A DNA stretch of 64,000 bases, taken from NCBI RefSeq assembly GCF_001194135.2, contig NC_068986.1, forward strand, positions 8,153,583-8,217,582, in the 5' to 3' direction. The notes beneath the pieces are model-generated. The model saw only the letters and a list, made by a program, of their open reading frames with translations, did no database searches and had not been told where the DNA came from. The position numbers and the translations under genes were made by a program. The DNA comes from Octopus bimaculoides (lineage: Eukaryota). Of this stretch, positions 41,364 to 54,710 are shown one piece after another (within the stretch, counting starts at the first letter, position 1; each line of letters starts with the position of its first letter).

Positions 41364-43706
41364 ATTCAATTACTGATATATTATATTCCTGTGCTTAATG
41401 TAGTGTCTGGTTTATACATCGTACAATTAGCTATTATCTGAGTAGTCAGAAGTGATTTATCTTAATTACGTAAATCATTTTCGCTTACAATCCGTGGAAA
41501 TGTGATAATGGACGAATATCTTCAAGTTTAATGTAATTCATATAAGTATTTTTCGTTTGCCTTTTCAAGTTTTTCATTTTTATTTTCTCTGAATATTTTC
41601 ACATGCAGCCGTATATATTTAATTAACACCTAATTACAAGACGATTTCTTATCCTTAAATAGCAGCAATGATTCGATGAAGTTGTTAGCTGACTCTACAA
41701 CAAATACTTGAGTGAAGCATTTATTAAATTAAATAATTACTTTCTCATCTGAAAAAGATGATACTATGTTATGTAATTTATCATAATTTAGACACTTAAA
41801 CTGCTTTAGTCGAAATAACGTTGATTACTTCTGCTGGGAACGACTCGGAATAGGATTAGTAATAATCTGTAAGGGATAGAGTTTAAACAGAAATAGCACG
41901 TATTAAACTCTAATCTCATACGTCAATAAATAGGTTTAGCTATCATTAATGTTATATTCTGTAGTACACAACTTTATAAACTAGACAATTGCCAAACATT
42001 TTCGAATGTCTCTGATATATGTACCGAGCAGTTCACTGATCGTTGCTTAAACATAATTAGCAACGAAGAAGCTATATACTGAAATACTTTATTATAGAAA
42101 TGTTAGTTTTACATACATAAATGTAGATTATCGCAATCAAAATCATTCTTCAATTTCTAGTTTGCCCAGTCTCTCACCATCAAATCTCTGGCATCAGTTC
42201 CTCATATAATAATCTCATGTCAAATTATAAGGTGATCAATGAATTCTTTAATGCAATACACGGCACAGACGATGAATTACAAATATCTAAACTTCTTGAT
42301 TACATAAACTTTTCAATCTGAAGGAAGATATTACTTTTACCAAAATAGAAAGTTTCGTCCGTCCATAAATATACTTGAATCAAAAGCTCTTGCAGCCATT
42401 CCATACTAAAGTTCTAAAAACTTATGGCACACGAGTTCCATTCTGTAGCCGTTTGTGGCTGAAGGCTTTCTGTATTATAACCATAGTATTTAAAGATAGA
42501 TTAATGAAAATTAGTTATTGTTTAACTCGAAATAAAATCGTTGAAAGAAGATATGTGAAACATATTAACACATCTCAAATTCGTACCAAAACGAATTTCA
42601 TTAGAAAAAATATCTAATTAGTAATATGACTAAAAAGCATCAAGTACTGGAATAAAACAGTTTTAACATTAAATAATATAATAAAACATCCTTCAGAGAA
42701 AAATATACTGTTTTATAACTATGTTATGTTAGAGCAAAACTAGGACTCACAAATAAAGCATCTGGTGTTGGTTGTTAGCGGTAACTTAGATATCATAAAA
42801 TACGATATCATAAACATAATATACATGACAATGATATATGCCATATTATAAATAATATATGATAATAAAACTGTATTACAAAATTCAAATGAAATAAACA
42901 TTGTGGTATAAAATACTACTGGTTAAATTGTAAGCAACAACCCAACTTAATATCATAAAATATGAGACTCTCCTGAGCTTCATGAATCTAAATGTTATAT
43001 GTTCAAATCTACATCATGCTCATCCTAACCAGAAAGCCGTTGTAAAGTAAAACAGAAAGACTGGCTTTGAAAATTTTAAGATAATGAAGAATAGGAAAAC
43101 CAATTAATATAGGTAAGTAGCGAAGATTCGAATGTAAAGAAAGGAAAGAAATTGAGAAGCCAATGTAAATATGAGATGAAATAAAGTGAATGGAGATAGT
43201 CGATAGATATTAAGTTTATTATAGAATCGCATTGATATTTATTTAGTTGCTTTGACTCGAAGCTATGGCAGCTTTCACCACGGAAATATAAGCCTTGCCG
43301 ATAGTCTGGATCAAACATGTAGAAAGTAAAAAAAGACAAAGAAGATAATAAATGACACAGTAAAGGAAACCAAACAAAACTATTCCTAGACCAATATCAA
43401 TAAAGTCCAATAAAGTGCAAACAGAACAATTCAGAGGTGATATATTGAATCTGACATCGTAGTTAAATAACAGCCATTTGCCAGCAAATTATATAAAGAA
43501 AAATAATCTTCCGCGTGAACAGACAAAGAGTAAATAGAAGAGGAACGTATCTTAGGGCAATGGAAAATAACAGAGTGATGTAGATAGGAGATCGGAATCG
43601 AAGAGAACGAGAAAAAAAAAACACGAGTGTATAATATTGTAAATAAGACAGCATTTCCTCGGGTGGAAAGGTGTAAGAAGTAATAATGTTTTATTGGATC
43701 AATATT

Positions 43707-44173
43707 TAGGAACATACGCGAAAATGGAGAATAAAAATTTTAAGATAATTTTATACAGAATCTCGAATAACATTCGTTCATCAACGTTAAATGCTTGCCC
43801 AGTCACAGTCTTTCTTACTCGCTCCCTCTCTCACTATCTTGCTGTCTATCTCCCTTTACGACCTAGATTTTCCTAACCATTACCCATGTGAATACACACA
43901 CACATCATATATATATNNNNNNNNNNNNNNNNNNNNNNNNNNNNNNNNNNNNNNNNNNNNNNNNNNNNNNNNNNNNNNNNNNNNNNNNNNNNNNNNNTAA
44001 TGGTTAGGAAAATCTAGGTCGTAAAGGGAGATAGACAGCAAGATAGTGAGAGAGGGAGCGAGTAAGAAAGACTGTGACTGGGCAAGCATTTAACGTTGAT
44101 GAACGAATGTTATTCGAGATTCTGTATAAAATTATCTTAAAATTTTTATTCTCCATTTTCGCGTATGTTCCTA
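43707..44173. repeat. 176-bp inverted duplication flanking an 81-N gap
   Basis: 43707-43882 is the reverse complement of 43998-44173; the ORF track shows identical peptides from both arms in two frames. Confidence 0.9.
43917..43997. other. Assembly gap. Other gaps: 740-896, 5499-5990, 9594-9979, 10854-11387, 13566-13800, 15668-16229, 18548-18586, 36543-36571, 49491-49500, 50995-51129, 56894-57590, 59578-59731
   Basis: Runs of N; all X-containing ORFs in the track are artefacts of these. Confidence 0.98.
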
Positions 44174-44512
44174 TATATATATATATATATAGGGAGAATT
44201 CACAAAAAACAACAGACGAAGACAGATGGTGTAGAAAACAAACAGATGTATTAGTATAACGCTCAGGAATTGAAAAAGTCTTTAACGTTTCAAGCCTACG
44301 CTCTTCCACAGAAAGGGACACAGAAAGAAACAAGGAAAGAAACAAGGATAGAAAAAAGTAGAGACAAAAGGAGGGAGAAAAATGTGTATAGTGGTTAGCG
44401 ATCTATCATGGCGAATATACACCGTATCTGAAGTCATTATGGAAATGTTGGAATTCATACTTTTAAAGTGTTAATGATGGGTTTTTGTTATTTTGTAGGT
44501 CATAATATAATC

Positions 44513-44735
44513 ATGGGTAAAAAGAAAGATAGTACAATGTCTGAAAAGCAGGAAATAACTTACCTTTTAAGTGATGGCATTACCTCTTTGAACATTTCGA
44601 AGCAGCTTGGCTGAGATCATCAAACAATCAAGAAAACAATTGAAGATATAATAAAGAACAGGAAACCAAGGTCTGGAAAGGGGTTCAAGAACTTGTCCAC
44701 AAGAGATAAACGGCAGCTGAAACGCATTGTCTCTA
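44513..44735 (+). mobile_element. Tc1-like transposase N-terminal fragment (second family)
   Basis: MGKKKDSTMSEKQEI (frameshift) LLSDGITSLNISKQLG*DHQTIKK..RKPRSGKGFKNLSTRDKRQLKRIV, a Tc1 HTH pattern. Confidence 0.75.
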
Positions 44736-44797
44736 ATACTTATCTCTCACTGGAATGAGTACATTTTTTGTTGAATTTTATTCACAGATCAGTACAT

Positions 44798-44828
<31 letters not shown>

Positions 44829-44911
44829 CATATATATATATACATATAATGTACTGATCTGTGAATAAAATTCAACAAAAAATGTACTCATTCCAGTGGG
44901 AGATAAATATT
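44735..44911. repeat. Near-perfect palindrome: ~68-bp arms around a (TA)n spacer
   Basis: aatacttatctctcactggaatgagtac..cagtacattat versus ataatgtactg..gtactcattccagtgggagataaatatt; two mismatches seen. Confidence 0.95.
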
Positions 44912-45464
44912 ATTTATTTAAAGGACACAATATATGTATTAAAGTGCAACTAATAGTTTCATATGTTAAGAAATACTCAAACATATTCTTCAGGCGCAAA
45001 CCACGTATCATAATGAACTAAAGAAATTGAATAGTTGAATAGTAGAAGAAACGCGAAATAAACTGAGAAGGCAGCATATATATAAATAGGAATTTTAGAA
45101 TCTTGCTTGCTTGTTTGCTTGTCATTCAACAAGGTAATCCCGCACCTATCATCTATAATGGAATCTTTTTCTCCCACGAATCGTTATAAACCCTTTCCGC
45201 TCCCTCTGTTCTTTCTTTCCCACAAATAAATCATGCGGTTGTTGCACCTTGTACTAGTTACGGCCATTACCTACCCTTCTTCCCCTCCAAGTCACCAACC
45301 TACTAACGACAGAAAGGAAACTATATCAAATATCCATAATTAAGGCTAAGAGAATCGAAAGTTATTTACCCAAGCTCCTTTCAAACACCTCGCCCACTCT
45401 TTCTATCAGGTCCTTTAAGTTGGAACTGAGAGGGACTAACAACATGAAAGAGATAGTATGTGTG

Positions 45465-45470
<6 letters not shown>

Positions 45471-45528
<58 letters not shown>

Positions 45529-45560
45529 AGAGAGAGACAGAGAGACAGAGAGACAGAGAG

Positions 45561-45621
<61 letters not shown>

Positions 45622-45636
45622 GGCAGACAGACAGAC
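45471..45636. repeat. (GA)n/(GACA)n compound microsatellite
   Basis: Visible arrays. Confidence 0.95.
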
Positions 45637-46089
45637 TGCGAATAGGTACAGTGACCTGATACAATTTCACTTAAGCAACATCAGAAACCCAAACCTAATT
45701 CTTCTTAAGAGGTTCACAACCGCGGAGTAGATACTTTACAATTAACATTACGAACGACATTGAAACCGTTTTTACTCAAGTTTAACCTGTTTAAGCAAAT
45801 AATTCTTAAGAAGAAGAAGAAGAAATGCCATCCTATATTTGGCGAAAATCCTAAGATTCTTGAGATTTGAAGAGACTTGTTGTCACCAAACTTCCTACTA
45901 ATTAAATTAGCATGAAACAGCTGTGTGATTATAATAAAAAATAATAACAATGATATCAACAACAATTCTTATTTTCTACATTTATTTACCTTCAGAGCCA
46001 ATTTATTGTTATAAAAATGGGTGACAGATAGCCCACAGATTATAAACACAGTTTCGTACAAATAACTACGAACACAAACACCTCACATA

Positions 46090-46835
46090 TTTTATGCCTT
46101 TGTCTATGGAGTACGCCGCTCTGAAATTTCTCAGGAACAGACTGACCAGTTCGGTTTCATCGAGGCCCAGAGCTTTCCTGAGAGCATTGTCACTTCTTGC
46201 CCATCACTAATCCTCTATAGATTGAAAAAGGGAACTTCAACTATTGCCGTTGTTCAACTGGTAGAGGACGGTGAGAGCCTGATGAATTTCCAAATACCAG
46301 TTCCTATCTCAGTCTTTGATTAAGAACAGCCGTTCTGTCAAGGAAAGACGTGTTTCATGAACAGTAACTATGCCTGTTCAACTTCCAGGAATCTTTGCAG
46401 GGGTAGCACAGTCTGAGCGCATGTCTGCGAGATGATGACAGCAGATGGACCGCTTGGAGCAGCAGAATGAATCTCAAAAGAAACCGAATTGGAAACAGCT
46501 ATTGGGTTGGGCGGACACCTCTACCCAACCTTTTAAGGATAGCTTCTTCTTAACCCATTTCTGAGTAAGACAAGCCACCCTGATTGTTACCACGTTATGC
46601 TTACGGTCTACCGGAAGATCGTTGCCACCAGCGTCTGGTTACTCGTATCTCGAGATCGAAGGATTTCATTATCACAACGCCACTCAATACGACAGACACA
46701 GAGATGAGCCGACTTCGTACACACCGAAGATTGGTGACAGTATGTGCACTGCAGAGGTTCAGGTCTCGCTAATGGCTACTACATTTATGACATGTCGAAG
46801 TTGTTGACCAAGTGACCTTGCTTCTAACAAAATGT
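46090..46835 (-). mobile_element. Decayed L1/Tx1-type APE endonuclease region
   Basis: Minus-strand KQGHLVN, NVVAISET (APE motif), LSPIFGVYE, SGVV..DLEIR..SGR, DSWKLN (cf. GYWKLN), in the expected order; GC content is locally higher. Confidence 0.45.
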
Positions 46836-46949
46836 TAATAACAACATTGCACATGGTAACACGTGCTAAATGATGCCAATCAAGTGTCTTATACATTGCC
46901 TCAAGTTGTACAATGCAGACGATAAAGATGCTACTAAATTCTAAGTAAT

Positions 46950-47400
46950 GTACAAAATCAACGGAAAGATTGTCAGAAAACTCACAACAAATTTACAAAT
47001 TCAATTTTGAAGAGAGGAAATTTTCCAAAAGCCTTTCGTATCATGTTAGAATAACAAAACAGATATAAAAGAATTACATAAAATATATAAACATAACTAC
47101 TTGAATTTAATTAACCAGACATCATACACGAATGGAGGAAAACGATGAGAAGCAATACAATAGAGGAATTAAATGTATACTTCAAACTAGATAAAATGCT
47201 GCACTTAAGGTAACAAACATCTGTAATCTAGTTAATTCAGTTATAAGTTAGAGTTATATTCTTAACTGGAAGCTTAGTGAAATTACAAAACGACAATGGA
47301 GGAAAAGTAATGTATATATAACGAACACATAAAGCAAAAGTTGACATAAATATTCTGCTTCTCGTTGCCATCTTCAGTTTATAATATCTAATGTAGAAAT
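46950..47400 (+). mobile_element. Possible decayed R4/Dong-type RT C-terminal fragment
   Basis: ILNWKLSEITK (cf. IINWxxxEL) and HKAKVDINIL (cf. HPKADIDRLY) only. Confidence 0.3.
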
Positions 47401-47677
47401 GTTATATGACAATGCCTGATACAGAATTGCAAAAGTAACCAATCAAAAATACAGAGATGCAGGAGGTTTTGTTAATGACGTGAAAGTGGAAAAGCAAATG
47501 TTTGCATATGAATTATTTAACGAAGGATGTTATAGTTTTATTTCAAGTATCTTAGTAATTTCAATATATTTTCAAACAAAGGATTATTAAAAATAATGTC
47601 AAAACAGCACTGAATAGAGACAAAATATATCAAATAACATACAAAAAGAAAAATATGGCCACGGACACGATATATTG

Positions 47678-47880
47678 GTTTTAAATGTTGGCACGAGGCC
47701 AGCAATTTCAGAGAAGGGTAAGTCGATTACATCAATCGCAAGGCTCGACTGGTACTTATTTCATCAATCACGCAATGATGAGAGGTAAAGTCTGCCTCCA
47801 CGGAATTTTAAATCAGAACATGAAGACGGACGAATTGCCGCTCAACATTTTGTCTGGGGTGCAAATGATTCTGTCACGTT
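47678..47880 (-). mobile_element. Degenerate Nin-type SINE
   Basis: ggttttaaatgttggcacgaggcc..gtaagtcgattacatc..ctggtacttatttcatc..gaggtaaagtctgcctccacggaatt.. Confidence 0.65.
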
Positions 47881-48064
47881 TGCATTTTATCCGTTTCATT
47901 CTGAAGCCATTCCTGAAGAATTATTCATGAGAAAATAGATCTGGTGGCTTCATTTTAAGTCAGCTGACTATTATATATATGTGTGTGCCTGTTTGTATGT
48001 AGATATATGTGTCTTATGTGAACATACATGTATGTGTATGTATATATGTCTATATATATATATG

Positions 48065-48116
<52 letters not shown>

Positions 48117-49136
48117 GAGAGAGGGGAGGGAGAGAGATATAGCTAAGTAGCTGGATAGATAGATAGATAGATAGATATTTTTTTATATTTTTCTCTATGA
48201 ATAAATTTATCCTTCTTTAAGGTAGATTAAAATACCAAAGTGCAAATTTAAAATCATACAACAAAAATCTATAAACGAGATAAATCTAATAGTATTTTCA
48301 TTAAACATTATGCAGTGAAGCAGTTATCTCCAGCAATAAAACTACATATAGGTGTTGCAAACTATAAAAATTCCATTTTCCTGAAAAATAATTGATCGAT
48401 TTTTAATTAGTGCTTACAAATAAAGGAAAGTGTAAAACAATAAATTACATATGTTTTCATTAAAATTATTAAACATTGAAACCTAACTGAAGGAATTATT
48501 AATAAAACTTTTAGAAAGCAGACAATTGCAATTTTATTTCAACAAAACAAAAAGCGGCCGAAATAGAGTAAACAAGAAATAAATTGGTACTAATATGTCC
48601 GACAATAACCCAGTGAAAGAAATAAATGGTAAGTCTGGAACATTAATTGCTTTTATTATAAAACATAATTACTTTAGATAAACAAAGCAAATAAGAATTA
48701 TCCTTTTAGTTCTGAATGCAAAACATATATTTTATATCAAGTTAGTTTAATAACCGATATCTCATTTACAGACTACAAAATACTAACGCATTACAATTCT
48801 AAGAGTTAATGTAATAGATAGACTAGCTTCACAAAGCACATTTTATGCGCTTCGTTGATTATTTTAATTCTGTTCCTCTTATATTTGATGAGTTGGAGTT
48901 GAACATTCCAATAATTTACAGTTTGGTCTTTTTCATGGTATCTTACAGAAAGTACAGCATCATTGTTGGCGATAGAAACCAATATGCAAATATAATTTCG
49001 ACTAGATGAATAGTAGAATTCTCAAAATGGTCTGAAAGTATATCAGAATTAATGACACAATCATCATCATTATCATCATTATTATTATTGCTTTTGTTAT
49101 TATTATTATTGTCATTATTATTATTGCTATTATCAT

Positions 49137-49198
<62 letters not shown>

Positions 49199-49327
49199 TC
49201 GCCATCATCATCAATATTCTCCAGAGGGAATACTTAGTATCTAAAGAGAATGTAGACCCATTATACAATGCTGCACATATGTTTTGTATACAGATGCTAA
49301 GGAATTTACATTTTCTAAACCGTGTGT

Positions 49328-49474
49328 CTTCTGCTGATGCCTAACCAACTTCTGCTGATACCTAACCAACTTCTGCTGATACCTAACCAACTTCTGCTGA
49401 TACCTAACCAACTTCTGCTGATACCTAACCAACTTCTGCTGATACCTAACCAACTTCTGCTGATACCTAACCAA
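49328..49474. repeat. 21-bp minisatellite CTTCTGCTGATACCTAACCAA x7
   Basis: Seven consecutive units; one substitution, in unit 1. Confidence 0.97.
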
Positions 49475-49500
49475 CTTATTGTATGCGTCTNNNNNNNNNN

Positions 49501-49582
<82 letters not shown>

Positions 49583-49736
49583 CCTTTGTGTCTGTGTGTG
49601 TACATATATGTATGCATGCATAATATAGCTTCATATTTACATGTATATGTATCTATAATTATGTACGTATGTACAAGTACACACACACGCACGCATGCAC
49701 ATACATATATATTTATATATACACATATATATTTAC

Positions 49737-49774
<38 letters not shown>

Positions 49775-50624
49775 ATGCATGTTATATGCATATATGTATA
49801 TGTATATATACATCTGCGTGTGTACATATGTGTGTACATGTGTGTACATATGTGTTATTTCTGCTTTGTATTTTTACCCATTCCTGGCACTTTTACCTCG
49901 TATCGTATTGGGATTTATTGCCTCCTACCAACATCTTTCGTTTCTTGTTACTTTTTCAACAATTTTTTTGTGTTTTTTTTTTGTTGTTTTTTTTTGGTGG
50001 GGGGTTACCTTTCTTCTCTCTCTAAACTCTGTTGTGCATTTACGAAACCATTCCTGAGAGGTCCAGGAGATATATATTTAGACTGTCACTATGACTATAT
50101 ATTACCACCCCGTCATAGCATCAACACGCTGGACACTCAGCCTTATTTCGCTTTGTTCATTCTGTAAATTGCCTGACCATGATAGTGGAGATACAATATA
50201 ACAACCGTGCTGATAACGCCTTTCAATTCAGGAACATGTGTCCATAGAGACATGTCAAATTTGAAAAATACTTCATTCATATTATTATCTTCCCTACTAA
50301 CTTGAAGTTGGCTGTAACTGCTATCAAGGATGTTCTCGCCTCTCTCTGGAGGCGGAGATACTTTTTGATATCATTTAATAAACAATCACTCATATTTTGG
50401 GGTTTTTTTATCACTGACCATCCTGAGTTATTGAGTTTGTGTTCCTGTACAATCTACAAAGTCCTACTCACTTGTGAGTATGACTTGCGAGTATGACGTG
50501 GCAGGTTGTTCGTTACTCTCCGCAAAGTGGTCATCGAGTTGCACTCGGGGAACTGAATAAAATGGAATAATATTAGAGGAAATTTATTCATTCGTACGTG
50601 CACAGAAACACATAGATGCAGTAA

Positions 50625-50940
50625 AGGCGGGTAGTTTAGCGGTTAAGGCATTTGGCTCATGACCGTAAGATTGTGAGTTCGAGTTCCAGCCATGCGTTAT
50701 GTCCTTGAGGAAGATGTTGTTCTAGTCCACTCAGCTGGCACAAATGAGCTGTACCTGTAATACAAAGGGAACCAGCCTTATCACATCCCCTGTCATGCTG
50801 AATCAACCCGAGAACCACATTAAGAGTACGCGTGTCTGTGGAGTATTCAGCCACTTGCACGTTAATTTCACGAATAGGCTGTCACGTTGATCGGATCAAA
50901 GTGGAACATTCGTCGTCGTAACCGACGAAAGGTCAGTCTA
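50625..50940 (+). mobile_element. tRNA-derived SINE with Meta-like domain (third copy, different tail)
   Basis: tagtttagcggttaagg (box A), gagttcgagttcc (box B), gcgttatgtccttgaggaag..gtccactcagctggcacaaatgag. Confidence 0.7.
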
Positions 50941-50949
50941 CATATATAT

Positions 50950-50994
<45 letters not shown>

Positions 50995-51657
50995 NNNNNN
51001 NNNNNNNNNNNNNNNNNNNNNNNNNNNNNNNNNNNNNNNNNNNNNNNNNNNNNNNNNNNNNNNNNNNNNNNNNNNNNNNNNNNNNNNNNNNNNNNNNNNN
51101 NNNNNNNNNNNNNNNNNNNNNNNNNNNNNATATATATATATATATATATACACGCACTCAATAGCACATAAATACAATACGTATAGATTCATACTTATAT
51201 ATATTATACAAACACGCACTCAAACACATATAGAAATATACATAGGCACTATCAAGTTCTTAATATCATGCATTTGCAACGACGGAATTTTGGGTTCAAC
51301 TCCGCAGCAAGGCACCATGGGGAGGTGCTTTATGCTTTAGTCAACCGATCTCTTGCTGGTTGTCTTTAGTTTATGAAAACTGTGCATATATGTGTGTGTG
51401 TGTGTGTGTGTCTGTGTGTGTGTGTTTGTGTGTGTGTGTGTTCTTTTGGAAGAACCGTCGTAAGAGACCCTAGCGGGAGCTGACCGGCAGAAGCCATATC
51501 CCCTCACCACCACCAGCACAAGTGTAATACAAGTGTAAATTATTGGATAATGGGAGGAGTAAGCTTTAAACAGGTTCCGTAATACGTCCACAAATCGAAA
51601 CATGACTTGACGTTACTAAAGTCTCTATATTCATGACTCATGTGTGTGTGAGAGTGT

Positions 51658-51688
<31 letters not shown>

Positions 51689-52164
51689 AATGAGTATGTG
51701 TATGTGTGTGTGTGTGTATATGTTCGCGCGTGTGTTTATGTGCACTAGAAAAATTACTGCATTTAAAATATCATTAATAATATCGTTTGTAATAATTTCC
51801 AATTCCTATTTTTATATTTTGTGCAAGGTAGGAGACTTTCTAACCGTATTAGACAAATTTAGTTTTTGCTGATACAAAAAATAGTGATTGACAAATCACT
51901 GGTGTTGCAAAATAAGCGGCTGGCGGTGTAAAAAGTCGATATTTAGTGACGGAGGCAGTATTATGGCAAAAACAAATATTGCAGTTTTCTAGCTTTCTGG
52001 ACACATTAAGTAGGATATAAAGAAAACTGTTCTGAGCCAATATTGTTTTCATCACCAATAACAAATCTTTATCCAGCCTGCCGGGTATTTTCAAAACCAG
52101 TGGTTTGTTAATCACTGTTTCTCTATTTTAGAAGAGGTTAAATTTGTCAAAACACACGCTTAAT

Positions 52165-52225
52165 AGTGGACGTTTACTACTGATGATGCACAAAGATGCA
52201 GAAATCTAGATTTAACATCTCCACT
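52165..52225 (+). ncRNA. Candidate minimal type I hammerhead ribozyme C
   Basis: CTGATGA (52180-86), TGCA-caaaga-TGCA, GAAA (52201-04), palindromic stem III ATCTAGAT, cleavage triplet AUU; distal stem I agtgga/tccact, proximal stem I weak. Confidence 0.4.
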
Positions 52226-53503
52226 GCCGCTGCTGGACTCTTTTTCCACTGCCACTGATATTCTCCAGTATCTTTTAGCAAATGCTCTCTCGATACAAGC
52301 ACCGCTGTTTTCTGGCTTTCTACCATATATCTGCGTTAAGTCGGGTATACAGAATGCTACTTTGAACTAATATTGCTTATATATAAATAGCGAATAAGCA
52401 CACGCACACACACGCACACACACACACACGCACACGCTCACATGCACATATACACACACATATAATACACATTTTGCAATGTACAAGGAAAAGCAGAAAA
52501 ATCTCGTGCTTTACAGTTTGACAAATATTTCACCAGTAACGACGGGTTGTGCATCTGTCCAATCTCTAAAAGAAAACCAAAACGATTCGCTACAAGACGA
52601 TACTGTTACCGCCTGCATATTTTCACAGACACCACAACAATGGTCATAGAAAATATGGGAGGTCTTAACCCTCACTTTGTATATATTAATATATACTTAG
52701 AACAATTGTATGATTAGCAAAATGATTCATACAAAATGAGTGAGTTACGCTGTTCTGTTTCGAACACATTCTATTCCCCTCTTTCACTCTCCCTCTCCTT
52801 ATAGCAATTTTTCTATATATACCTCTGAACACATAATGCCTCCAAACACTCTTATGTGAATATACATACTCATGCACATATATAGATGGATAGATAGATA
52901 GATAGATAGATAGATGTGCAGAGAATGAGAACGTACATGGGCGAGGCAAAGAGAGGGAGAGAAATAGAGGCATCGATAAGCTATATGCCCGTATATATGT
53001 ACGTATAGCCGCATATATTTGTTCACTGAATTCATGTATTTACCTTTCTATATCTCTTCCTGCATTCCTACCTATCATTCTATCTATCTCTAAATATACG
53101 TGTCTATCTTTCTAACTTTCTATTCACTTATCTAGCAACTTCGCTCACTATACATTTGTCTCCGTCTCATTAGCTACGGAAGTTAACATGCTTTTCTTTT
53201 CTCTTCTTGTAGTTTCCATTTCTGTGTTCTTAATAAAATTTTCAATGTAAACATTTCAAAGTAATTATGGCACACTCCTATCATTCAATGCAAATCTATT
53301 GCCGTACGTAAATGTCTGGAAATGCAATACGTTTTGAATTGAATATTACCGAAAATTAAATGTATTTTGTTATACTTTAAATATATTTCATTAACATTTT
53401 CAATGCTTTTATGTACAAATATATTTACCACCATTATTAACGTTAAGGATAGAGTCGTATTAATAGCAGTAATATAATACTACTCGTACTCGAAGCAATT
53501 ACA

Positions 53504-53565
<62 letters not shown>

Positions 53566-53584
53566 CATATTTTTTTTATTATTA

Positions 53585-53890
53585 TTGATTTGACTCAGGT
53601 TCGTTCTTATTCCAAGTAGAATTCATGTGGGTAGCTGATTACTGCCCGTAACCTTATCTTTCAATGGTCTTTCAAATGCTTAAAACTTTCCTGATAATCT
53701 TTCCTGTCCCTAATAAGCAAACTTTCTCTAAAAGCTCTACAGGACATTCTATTCCTATTTCCTTCAACCATTTCTCTATAACATATCTTTACTCACAGTT
53801 CCCAATGCACCAATTATTACTGACACAATTTTTACAGTTTTCATACTCTAAATTCTTGCAATTTCAAATTCTAAGGGACTGTATTCTTTA
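53585..53890 (-). mobile_element. R4/Dong-type LINE 3' end (another family) next to (TAA)n
   Basis: Minus-strand EYSPLEFEIARI..VSVIIGALGTVSK..EKWLKEIGIECPVELLEKVCLLGTGKIIRKVLSI* (stop 53672-74), 3' UTR, then (TAA)n at 53503-53565. Confidence 0.75.
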
Positions 53891-54539
53891 AATTTTCATC
53901 ATTAGATTATATATGTACATAAATTAAGGCGATGCTCCAGCATCACCGCAGTTCTACGACTAAAACCATAAAAATATTTTAAGGGTATGTCTTCGTAAAA
54001 ACATTATCTGCTGATATTTCTTCACAAAACACCGAACTACCGAACTGTTATTGAAAAGTCACCTGTACCGATACAACAGCTGAATCCAGTTTCAGGAAAT
54101 ATATTTGAAAATCAAGAGATGGCGAAAGGGACACGAATGTTTCCATGAGTGATTCTGAACAGAGAATCAACATTTAGAAATCGGTCACATATGCTACATC
54201 TATCTTACAGAAAGTGTATCACATTATTCGCCATTCCATCCGATTGTGCAATAACCACCATTAATTCCAATCTGCTGTCATATACTCGAGCACATTTCCA
54301 TGGATACAAAAGAGAAATCCTTGATGCAAGTGTTGTGATGAATTAAATATGATTTTGATAGGTTTGTCTACTCAATCAAGTCCTGTTTACGTCTTTCTAC
54401 TGTTAAGCATCATCCCTTTCAATTGATAAAACTCGTCTGAATACTTATCACATACTAACACACAGTAACACATACACTCATGAACATATCCACACTTGCA
54501 AGCATATGCACGTACTCTCACACACAGGCACGCATACAT

Positions 54540-54576
<37 letters not shown>

Positions 54577-54710
54577 CACGCGTCTGTCTGTGTATGTGTG
54601 TGTGTGTATAATTACATTTTGCATATAGGTACGTGCATATGTATGTTTAAATGTACATATATAATCATGCACATATTTACATAACTTACAGATAAGAAAG
54701 AGATATACTT

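Noticed and set aside
46090-46330. Gypsy integrase reading (DNALRKA..LFLRNFR)
   Set aside because: No DDE motifs; the adjacent APE motifs explain the island better.
48595-48634. ATG..MSDNNPVKEIN|GTAAGT possible first coding exon
   Set aside because: Only 34 nt; no promoter features or downstream exon identified.
49328-49474. CRISPR-like array
   Set aside because: Contiguous units with no spacers, eukaryotic context.
50625-50700. tRNA gene
   Set aside because: Box A/B are present but there is no intact cloverleaf, and it continues into a SINE body; the same holds for the other SINE heads.
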